This document shows positions 56,386 through 64,000 of a stretch of DNA of 64,000 nucleotides, piece after piece. The DNA comes from Spirochaetales bacterium. GTDB taxonomy: Bacteria; Spirochaetota; Spirochaetia; JABEVK01. Each line of letters starts with the position of its first letter. Position 1 is the stretch's first letter. A program made the position numbers and the translations under genes. The notes under the pieces are model-generated. The model worked only from the letters and a program-made list of their open reading frames with translations. It ran no database searches and had not been told where the DNA came from. The stretch is taken from the NCBI GenBank assembly GCA_037142615.1, contig JBAXAI010000018.1, positions 11,394 to 75,393 on the forward strand, written 5' to 3'.

Positions 56386-57053
56386 CCTTGCCACGGGGGA
56401 CAGACCTTCTCGACCAAGGCCTCGACCAGCTTGAGTGGCCCGGCGACCGTGTGGCCCTGCGTGCTTTTTTGGCCGAGGTCGAGGCTTGGAACGAGCGGTT
56501 GGGCCTGGTTTCGGTGAACGGGCCCGACGATCTGGTCGTGAGGCACGTGCTCGACAGTCTGGCACCGTGGAAGTGGCTGGCCGAGCTGGGTCTGTCGCCG
56601 TTTGGGGGGACACCCGCCAAGTCGCTCGCCGACCTGGGCAGCGGGGCCGGGTTCCCGGGAATCCCGCTGGCGCTGACGTTTCCGCGTGCCGTCACCACGT
56701 TGGTGGAGCGCATGGAACGCCGCGCCGGTTTTCTTGAGACCACGCTCATCGCCCTTCACCGCACCGACGTTACGGTGCAGCAGCGCACCTTCGAGGAAGT
56801 CAAGGACAGGTTCGACCTGGTCACCTTTCGGGCCGTTTTTCCCTTGGAGCCCAAGCTGGTGAAAAAGCTCTTGCGGCTGCTCAACCCCGGCGGCGTCGTG
56901 GTCGCCTACAAAGGGCGGCGCGAGGTGATCGACGCTGAGCTGGCGGCGCTGGCGGGGCTTTTTGTGGCTGAGCGAGAGGTCAGCATGCGCGTTGAACCGG
57001 TAACCGTGCCGTTCCTCGAGGAAGAGCGGCACCTGGTCACCTTCTCTTGGTGA
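56382..57053 (+). CDS. rsmG: 16S rRNA m7G527 methyltransferase
   Basis: [31 protein letters not shown]; ATGA overlap with mnmG. Confidence 0.93.
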   Translation: MTLPRGTDLLDQGLDQLEWPGDRVALRAFLAEVEAWNERLGLVSVNGPDDLVVRHVLDSLAPWKWLAELGLSPFGGTPAKSLADLGSGAGFPGIPLALTFPRAVTTLVERMERRAGFLETTLIALHRTDVTVQQRTFEEVKDRFDLVTFRAVFPLEPKLVKKLLRLLNPGGVVVAYKGRREVIDAELAALAGLFVAEREVSMRVEPVTVPFLEEERHLVTFSW

Positions 57054-57065
57054 GTCGCGGACGGC

Positions 57066-58418
57066 TCAGTTCAGCGCGTTCATGGCCTTGAGCAGCGCAT
57101 CTTTTTCGACGAGGTCGATCAGCCGTGCCTCGACAAACTGCTTGGCGGTCGGCGTGAACGTGCCCGCCGTGATGCAAAAGCCTCGGCCCGCGTGCATTTC
57201 TTTGAGGCGCACCTGCATGTCGCGCAAAAACAGCTCGCCCACCTGACCGTTGGACCGCAGGTAGCGGAACACAATGGTGTCGTCCCACTTGCTGGTGCTG
57301 ATTTCGGCCGTGATGTCGGCGTAGTCGTTTTTTTCGACTGTGACATCGATGACCTTGATCGCGGCCTTGGGGAAGAACGACCCGATGAGGTTGCGGCACA
57401 GCGCGATGAAGTCCGACGTTGGGGCCATCATGTAAATCTGCAGGTTTTTGTTGGCGTTGTACTCCGAAAGTCGGCGGATCTGGTCGTTCACATCCCGGTA
57501 GTTAGGATTGATGTTGCGGATGTCCTTGTACTGCCGCAGCGCCCCTTCCATGTCTTGTTTCTGGGTGTAGGCGGTGGCCAGCCGGTACTTCATCTCGAGC
57601 ATGATTTCGGGCGTGACTTTTTGGTGACGAACCCCGATTTCGAGGTCGTCGATGGCTTGGTCATACTGGCGGGCATTGAAGTGGATGGTGCCCGCGAACA
57701 GCGCCGCCTGAGGACCCACCTCGGGGTCGGGTCGCAGATGGGTGAAGATCTGCACCGCGTTTTCGGCCTGCCCCAACTCAAAGTAGGTTTGGGCCAAGAA
57801 GAACAGGCACTCCTTGTCGTTGGGCTCAAAGTCCATCGCCCGCCGGAGGTAGGCTACCGCTTCCTTATGGGCCTTGAGCTTGAAAAGACTCTGGCCCAAG
57901 TACTTCATCGTCGGTGCGTGGTCCTTGGAAATCGAAGCCGACTGGCGGAGCACGGCGACGGCCTTTTCGTAGGCCTTTTTTTGGTATTCGAGGTAGCCAA
58001 TGTTGTAGTTGACCTCAAAGCCGTCGCCTCGCACCGCCTTGGCAATCAGAAGCGATTTGTAGGCCTCCTCGTTCTGACCGAGCTTGATGGAACATAAGCC
58101 GGCGCGAAGGTTGATCAGGTAGGCGTCGAGCCCCAGATTGGCGCTCGTCATGGCCGACAGCATATTATAGGTCTTCGACGCCTTTTCGTAGTCGTTGTCA
58201 TTAAAGTAAATGTCGGCCAACGTCTGCAACGCCTCGGGGTCTTTGGGGTTGGACGCCAAGCGGCGGGTGGCGTCTTTCAGCTGGGCGTTCCTGTCTTTTT
58301 TCTTCCCTGTACCGGGCTTCTTCTGCCGGTTGGGCAAAACGATCATGATGAAATAGATGACGATGATCGCCGCCAAAACCGCTATCACAGCAATAGCTAC
58401 AGGAAGGTAGTCAAACAT
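57066..58418 (-). CDS. Membrane-anchored TPR protein with C-terminal Mrr-like (restriction-endonuclease fold) domain
   Basis: N-terminal TM, multiple TPRs, C-terminal VGE..LRD...GFCITAGTFT..AK.F...IDLV. Confidence 0.8.
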   Translation of the reverse strand: MFDYLPVAIAVIAVLAAIIVIYFIMIVLPNRQKKPGTGKKKDRNAQLKDATRRLASNPKDPEALQTLADIYFNDNDYEKASKTYNMLSAMTSANLGLDAYLINLRAGLCSIKLGQNEEAYKSLLIAKAVRGDGFEVNYNIGYLEYQKKAYEKAVAVLRQSASISKDHAPTMKYLGQSLFKLKAHKEAVAYLRRAMDFEPNDKECLFFLAQTYFELGQAENAVQIFTHLRPDPEVGPQAALFAGTIHFNARQYDQAIDDLEIGVRHQKVTPEIMLEMKYRLATAYTQKQDMEGALRQYKDIRNINPNYRDVNDQIRRLSEYNANKNLQIYMMAPTSDFIALCRNLIGSFFPKAAIKVIDVTVEKNDYADITAEISTSKWDDTIVFRYLRSNGQVGELFLRDMQVRLKEMHAGRGFCITAGTFTPTAKQFVEARLIDLVEKDALLKAMNALN

Positions 58419-58425
58419 AGTCGGA

Positions 58426-58454
58426 ATTATCGGTCGGGGTCGGGGGGTTGTCAA
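58426..58454 (-). promoter_or_regulatory. Sigma70 promoter, leaderless TPR gene
   Basis: TTGACA-17-GATAAT-7 nt-ATG. Confidence 0.75.
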
Positions 58455-58499
58455 GGAAGGTCGGACGGACTAGGTTGAACAGGTGGGCAGGGTAAGATT

Positions 58500-59927
58500 T
58501 TGAACAAACCGATCCTTGGGATCCGTCAGGCAGATGGCTCGTTTTACGGCATCATGGAAGACTCCGGAACCCCCCGAAAGCGACTTGTTCTCTCGGCGGC
58601 GCGGGCCGATCAGCATTCCGTGCGCATCGATTTGTACCGCTCAACCGACGGCCTGATGGAAGACGCTGCGCTCATCGGCTCCCTCGACCTGGAGAGCGAC
58701 GAGTCCTTGGAGTTTCAGGACATCGCCTTTGAAGTCTCGGTTGACGAAGAGGCCCAACTCAGCGCCACCGCCACGCTCCCGAACGGCCAATCGAGTTCGG
58801 TCGACCTGGACCTTTCGGAGTTCCGCGCCGACAGCCGCACCGACAGCGACATTTTGGGCGACTCCACCTTTGACGACGCCGAACTCGACACCTTGGACGA
58901 CGCCTTTGGCGCTGACACTCTCGATGACATCCCTGAAGACGGCGACACCTTGTCGATGGATTTGCCGGAAAGTCCCGACGACCTGCCGGACCTCCCGGAC
59001 GACGAAGAGCCCCTGGACAAGTCGTTCGAGATCGACGACCTCGATGCCGGTTTCGGCATGGACGAGGTTCCCGATTTGGACGAGGCTGAGCTGGACGCAG
59101 AGCCCTTGGACGAACCCGCCGCCAAGCCCGCAGCCAAGGGTGATGACGAAGACGAGTCCTGGCACGATTTTTCGATGGACGACATGGAACCCATGGAGTT
59201 TCTCGACACCGGCGACGTGATTTCGGCTCCCAAGGCCAAGGCTAAGGCCGCCGCCAGCGAGTTTTCGATGGACGACGAGGCCCCGCTCGATCTTTCCGAC
59301 GACACCCCCCTGGGCGATGACTTTGGCGACCTCGATGACCTGTCCGACTCGTTGCCCTCCTTTGGCGAAGAGGCGGGCCCCAGTCCTATGGATGACGCCG
59401 GGTTCGACGAGGACTTCCTTCCTCCGCCGGAGCTTTCCGACGAGGCGTACGTGCCCCCCTCGAAAGCGCGCCCCGAAAAGGCCCCCAAAACCAAGGAAAA
59501 GCCCGAGACGAAGGCCAAGGCACCCAAGCCCGCCAAGCCTGTTCCCCGCCGCGAGGGTGTCGGGGCCATCGACAAGACGGCCTTGGTTCTTTCGATGATC
59601 ACGCTCAGCCTGCTGGTGGCGTCGCTGATTGTCTTGCTGTTGCTCAATGTGATGCGCCCGCCCCAAGTGCCAGCCATCCAGCCCGAGGTTCAAGCCTGGC
59701 CGACCGGGCCTCAAACCGCCCAGCAAACTCAGAGCCTGCCGGCGGTGAGTTCTGTCGATCTAGGTCGCACACCTTGGCCGGAGTTTCAGGCCACCAACGT
59801 TCAGGAAGTTCCAGCCGGCCTTCTGGCCGTGCCCGTCACGCTGCAACTCGCGGGCACCAACCTTGCCGACGCCACCCGCCGCTTCGGGGCGCCGGATCGC
59901 GTCGAAGGCGACCTGCTGTCCTGGTGA
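58500..59927 (+). CDS. Bitopic protein: Hsp70 substrate-binding-like N-domain, long acidic linker, TM, periplasmic tail
   Basis: LGIRQADGSF...ADQHSVRIDLY...IGSL; D/E-rich region; one TM; TTG start uncertain. Confidence 0.7.
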   Translation: MNKPILGIRQADGSFYGIMEDSGTPRKRLVLSAARADQHSVRIDLYRSTDGLMEDAALIGSLDLESDESLEFQDIAFEVSVDEEAQLSATATLPNGQSSSVDLDLSEFRADSRTDSDILGDSTFDDAELDTLDDAFGADTLDDIPEDGDTLSMDLPESPDDLPDLPDDEEPLDKSFEIDDLDAGFGMDEVPDLDEAELDAEPLDEPAAKPAAKGDDEDESWHDFSMDDMEPMEFLDTGDVISAPKAKAKAAASEFSMDDEAPLDLSDDTPLGDDFGDLDDLSDSLPSFGEEAGPSPMDDAGFDEDFLPPPELSDEAYVPPSKARPEKAPKTKEKPETKAKAPKPAKPVPRREGVGAIDKTALVLSMITLSLLVASLIVLLLLNVMRPPQVPAIQPEVQAWPTGPQTAQQTQSLPAVSSVDLGRTPWPEFQATNVQEVPAGLLAVPVTLQLAGTNLADATRRFGAPDRVEGDLLSW

Positions 59928-62074
59928 AGACCCCCTCGATGCTCTACTTGCTGAGACTGCTGCCGCTGTGGATGTTCGTTTCCTGCGGGGCAACGCTGTG
60001 GAATAAGCCCGTCGAGACGCTCAAGGAAGACTGGGCGCGCGGCGACACCACCTACCTTCTGTCGCTTGCTCTGGCAGACCTCAAAAGCACCGATGTCAGC
60101 GCCTTGGGTGCGGGTGCGGCCTACAACTTGGGCCAGGTGTTTTCGCAGGCACACCGCTGGGACGAAGCCCGGGTGATGTGGGAAAAAAGCCTGCAAAACG
60201 ACCCCTCACCGTGGCGTCAGGAGGCGGGAAGAGCCCTTTATGGCCTGTATTCCGGCGACCGCGACTGGCCCAAGGCCGAGGCTGTCGCCAAGAAGATCGT
60301 TCAGGACTACGGTGACAAACTCTGGGCCCAGCGCCTGCTCTTTGAGGCCTACTACTTTCAGAAAAAGGACGAAAAAGCCCAAGAGATCTTTCAGCGCTGG
60401 AAGCCCGGCGACTTTTCTGACGGCGAAGAAACCGAGAACCGGCTTTTCGGGGCGGTGATGGCCTCGCGCGCGGGCCAGACCGGTGTGGCCTCGACCGGCC
60501 TGAAGGCGATCGTGTTCGACGAACCGGCTTCCATCTTGCACTTCCGGCTCGAAAGCTTTTTTGAAGAGGATCCGTCGCGCTACGACTTGTTGGGTCCGTG
60601 GGGGAGGGAGGCGGTCGCGTTTCAGTCGCTCGCGTACCAGGCGGTACCGCAGAACCTGCTCGACTGGCTGGCCAAGCACAAGCTTCCTGCCGAGTTTTGG
60701 AACCACCGTGCGCTGGTCGAGACCTTCGAAGGGCTCTTCAAGACCGAGGCAAGGGCCGAGACGGGCCTGAGGATTCTCGAGGGCTTCCGTACTCACGTCA
60801 CCGGTGAGGCACGCTTCGCCGCCGAATACGCGCGGGGCCGCCTGTACCGGGCTTTGAGCCGCTGGCTGGAGGCCCGTACCGCTTTCCAGGTGGCGCTGCC
60901 TTTGGCCTTCACCAACGACGACAGGCAGAAGACGGCCTGGAATTGGCTCAACGCGTGGGTCCAGCTCGAGCCCGAGGGCGCGCTAGGGCCTTTTCTTCAG
61001 GTGTACGGACAGACCACCGATCCGGCGTACTTCCACGACCTGTTCGACGATTGGATGACCAGCTTGGTGCAGAATCGTAACTGGCGCCTGTTATCGGCCG
61101 TCTGGCGGGACCTCGGGCACCGCTTGCCGGCTGCGGATCGGGCTACGGTTGGGTTTGTGCTCTCGCGCCTCGCCGCCGGGAAGTTTGTCCAACTCGACCA
61201 ACTGGGCATCGAAGCCAGTCCCGCCGACTTGCTGGCCGATCCTTTGGCTCAGTCGCCGACAACGTACGAGTCGGTGATGGCCAAGGCTGTTCTCGGTAAA
61301 GACCTCGAGTGGCCCACCGAGCCCCACCGCCCCAACCTCAGCACCGACCAGCGCGACCGCGAGACCCTGTGGGAAGGCCTGGTGGCCTACGGTCTGGGCC
61401 GCTTCGTCGTCGACCAAGTGCTCTCCTCGTCCGATCCGCTCGACCCCGAGTTTGTGGTCCGCACAGCAACCACCCTGCAAAAACGTGGGCTCTACCGGCC
61501 TTCGCTTCTGCTGGTGTACCGGTCGCTCAAAGACCAAGAGGCTGTGCTGACGAAACCCCTGGCCGAGCTGTTGTATCCGCTCGCGTTCCAAAGTCTGGTT
61601 GAGGCTCAGGCGGAACGTCAGAAGCTCGACCCCAACCTGCTGTTCGGCCTGATGCGCGAAGAAAGTTCGTTCGATCCTGTTGCCAAGAGCTGGGTGGGTG
61701 CGCAGGGCTTGACGCAGTTGATGCCCGTCACGGCCGCCGAAACGGCCAAGCGCCTTAAAATGAAGACCTACGATCTGGCGAAACCCGAAGACAATGTGAC
61801 CATTGGCGCGGCTTACTTGGCAACCATGGTGAAAAGTCAGCAGCAAATTTTCCTCGCTCTGATGGCCTACAACGCCGGTGGAGGGCGAATCAAACCCTGG
61901 AAGGCCGAGCTCGGTCGCCTGCCGGTTGAGATTTTCGTCGAGGCCGCCCCCATCGCCGAAACCCGCGACTACGTGAAGCGAATTTTGGTCAGCACCGTGA
62001 TGTATGGGGTGCTCCACGACGGCAAGTCGCTCGGCGAGATGGTGCGCCTCGTGTACCCGGGGTTTGCCCCGTAG
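59924..62074 (+). CDS. Soluble lytic transglycosylase lipoprotein (spirochaete flagellar-assembly type)
   Basis: Lipobox FVSC; TPR-like region; REESSF, GAQGLTQLMP, AYNAG, ETRDYV; start could be 59939. Confidence 0.9.
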   Translation: MKTPSMLYLLRLLPLWMFVSCGATLWNKPVETLKEDWARGDTTYLLSLALADLKSTDVSALGAGAAYNLGQVFSQAHRWDEARVMWEKSLQNDPSPWRQEAGRALYGLYSGDRDWPKAEAVAKKIVQDYGDKLWAQRLLFEAYYFQKKDEKAQEIFQRWKPGDFSDGEETENRLFGAVMASRAGQTGVASTGLKAIVFDEPASILHFRLESFFEEDPSRYDLLGPWGREAVAFQSLAYQAVPQNLLDWLAKHKLPAEFWNHRALVETFEGLFKTEARAETGLRILEGFRTHVTGEARFAAEYARGRLYRALSRWLEARTAFQVALPLAFTNDDRQKTAWNWLNAWVQLEPEGALGPFLQVYGQTTDPAYFHDLFDDWMTSLVQNRNWRLLSAVWRDLGHRLPAADRATVGFVLSRLAAGKFVQLDQLGIEASPADLLADPLAQSPTTYESVMAKAVLGKDLEWPTEPHRPNLSTDQRDRETLWEGLVAYGLGRFVVDQVLSSSDPLDPEFVVRTATTLQKRGLYRPSLLLVYRSLKDQEAVLTKPLAELLYPLAFQSLVEAQAERQKLDPNLLFGLMREESSFDPVAKSWVGAQGLTQLMPVTAAETAKRLKMKTYDLAKPEDNVTIGAAYLATMVKSQQQIFLALMAYNAGGGRIKPWKAELGRLPVEIFVEAAPIAETRDYVKRILVSTVMYGVLHDGKSLGEMVRLVYPGFAP

Positions 62075-62135
62075 GGTTAGCCTCCCGGCTCAAGGAATCT
62101 CCCGGTACGCCGACAAGGATAGAGGGAGACTATCC

Positions 62136-64000
62136 ATGGAAAACAAGCAGATTTCGGGCACCACGATCACTCTAGCTGCGCTGGCCGGTTTTTTGGTCCT
62201 GTCGCAGGGCCTGTACGCGGCCGGGTTGGGCGACTGGGTCGTCACCTCGCTGCTGGCTTGGCCGGGCGCTTTCTTGGTGCAGAGTTTCGGCTGGGTGTCG
62301 CTCTACGTGCCCCTTCTGCTGGGCACTTTGGCCTTTGTGTCGACCCAACCGGTGAACCGCACCGTGCTCACGGCGCTGTTGTACTCGTTGTTGCCGTTCT
62401 TCACCGTCGCCGCCTTGGTTCGCAGCTTCGACCCGACCGATTCCACGCTGCTGGTAAGCCAGTTGACGCAGTGGATGGGTCCCACCACGCCGTTCTTCCT
62501 CGTGTTGGTGCTGGTGGTGGAGGCCTTTGGTGGAGCCGCGCTGAAGCTGACCACCTTGCCCAAGCTGGATCCCCGAACCGCTGACGATGCGGCCGAGCCT
62601 GTGGTTCCTCCCCGGGCGGCCGCCATGGAAGACGTCGAGTCGCCAGCGAGCCCCACCGCCGAAGTGTCCCCTGAGGAAACAGCCGAGTTCGTCGAGGGCG
62701 AGTCGGAAGCCGTGGATCCTGAGGCCCCGTTGCAGGTGCCAGTGCTCAAGGAATGGAACTCGGTCCGTGCGCTCAAGGACGATCCGTATTTCGAGATCCC
62801 CGAAGAGTTTGTGTCCAACTCGCCTGCCTTGGCCGCCCTCAACCGAACCTTGGCGAACATGCCGCCCGAGGAAGCAACGGCGGAGGATATCGACGAGTCT
62901 TCGTTTGTCGATGTAGACATGCACGAGTTCGATGCGACGCCACCGCCGGAGGTCTACGAAGATGAGGCCGGCTACTCCGATTACGTCGAGGCCGTGGTGG
63001 ACTGGGACTCCTTGGTATTGGCCGGTACTGCGACCGCGCACACCGAGCTCGAAGCCTATGAGCCAGCCGACTTGGAGGCGGAGCTTGAAGCCGATCTGGA
63101 GCTCGACGAAGACGAGCTGGAGCTTGAGGCCGAGATGGAGGCTGACGCCGAAGCCGCGATTCAAGTTCTTGCGCAGCCTTCGGCGCTCATTCGACCGCTC
63201 GAGGGTGGCAACTTCCCGTCCAAAGTCGTGTACGTCCGGGAGAAAAAAACACCCGTCCCTTTTGAGTCAGCGCCGGAAGTCGCTATCGGCGGCGACCGGC
63301 TGGAGGACGACGAGCTGGATGCCGAAGCCGATCTGGTCGACCCCACGCTCCGCGAGCCGATGTCTGTCCCCCAAGCGGCGGAACCCGGCCATTGGGCACA
63401 GCGCCCCAAGTTCCAGCAGTGGCACGTGCCGATCGAGGGCCTGCTCACCGCGTACAAGCAGGGCAACTTCAGCGAGATCGACGACGCCACCAAGCGGGCG
63501 GGGCACATCCTTCAGATGACGCTCAAGGAGTTCAACATCGAGGCTCAGGTGACCGGAATCCGCAAGGGCCCCGTCGTCACTATGTTTGAAATCCTTCCCG
63601 CAGCGGGAGTGAAACTCAGCAAGATTGTCGCGCTGGCCGACAACATCGCCCTCGGTCTGGCCGCCACCAGCGTGCGCATCGTCGCGCCGATTCCCGGCAA
63701 ACACGCCGTGGGCATCGAAGTGCCCAACAAGGAACGCACGCTGGTCGGGTTTGCCGAAATGGTCGCCAGCCGCGAGTTCCAGGAAAGCACCGCCGCCATC
63801 CCCATCGTCATCGGCAAAGACATCAGCGGCGACACGCAAATCATCGACCTGACGCGCACCCCCCACCTGCTCATCGCCGGTGCCACCGGGGCGGGCAAGT
63901 CGGTCAGCGTGAACACCCTGGTGTGCTCCATCCTGTACAAGAAGAGCCCCGACGAAGTGAAGCTTCTCATGGTCGACCCCAAGATCGTCGAGCTGAAGTT
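62136..64000 (+). CDS. ftsK: DNA translocase FtsK/SpoIIIE (3'-truncated by window edge)
   Basis: Absent from the ORF track because it has no stop; N-terminal TMs, acidic linker, GPVVTMFE, PIPGKHAVGIEVPN, PHLLIAGATGAGKSV, MVDPK; GAGGGAG RBS. Confidence 0.95.
   Translation, partial: MENKQISGTTITLAALAGFLVLSQGLYAAGLGDWVVTSLLAWPGAFLVQSFGWVSLYVPLLLGTLAFVSTQPVNRTVLTALLYSLLPFFTVAALVRSFDPTDSTLLVSQLTQWMGPTTPFFLVLVLVVEAFGGAALKLTTLPKLDPRTADDAAEPVVPPRAAAMEDVESPASPTAEVSPEETAEFVEGESEAVDPEAPLQVPVLKEWNSVRALKDDPYFEIPEEFVSNSPALAALNRTLANMPPEEATAEDIDESSFVDVDMHEFDATPPPEVYEDEAGYSDYVEAVVDWDSLVLAGTATAHTELEAYEPADLEAELEADLELDEDELELEAEMEADAEAAIQVLAQPSALIRPLEGGNFPSKVVYVREKKTPVPFESAPEVAIGGDRLEDDELDAEADLVDPTLREPMSVPQAAEPGHWAQRPKFQQWHVPIEGLLTAYKQGNFSEIDDATKRAGHILQMTLKEFNIEAQVTGIRKGPVVTMFEILPAAGVKLSKIVALADNIALGLAATSVRIVAPIPGKHAVGIEVPNKERTLVGFAEMVASREFQESTAAIPIVIGKDISGDTQIIDLTRTPHLLIAGATGAGKSVSVNTLVCSILYKKSPDEVKLLMVDPKIVELK

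Noticed and set aside
50900-57060. Replication origin near mnmG (gidA)
   Set aside because: No DnaA-box cluster or AT-rich unwinding element seen

Overview
High-GC chromosomal segment of about 55 densely packed genes, most likely from a free-living spirochaete. The evidence is a stand-alone spirochaete/mitochondrial-type EF-G1, an L28 with the extended loop, DUF5312-like, TPR-Mrr-like and LysM lipoproteins, and a flagellar-type Slt. Content is mostly housekeeping, envelope and signalling genes: livMGF, fusA, carD, DAHP synthase, uppS, glmS, two tandem class III cyclases, rlmI, sigma54-type glnA (GSIII), rpmB, a two-kinase pair, sugar ABC parts, mnmE/mnmG/rsmG, Slt and a partial ftsK. I saw no rRNA, tRNA, CRISPR array, transposase or integrase. 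Main oddities: (1) the glmS locus has a small uncharacterised HTH-like gene behind a palindromic operator-like site, and an exact 26-bp in-frame copy of the glmS 3' end (the attTn7/TnsD-site region) 75 bp downstream, across a hairpin; (2) about 17 genes have a -10 box 5-8 nt before the start codon, suggesting pervasive leaderless mRNAs; (3) a GH31 lipoprotein appears to lack its catalytic motifs; (4) there is an unexplained ~115-nt rod-like intergenic hairpin; (5) a probable 1-nt indel removes a stop codon. All product calls come from motif recognition by eye; no database searches were run.
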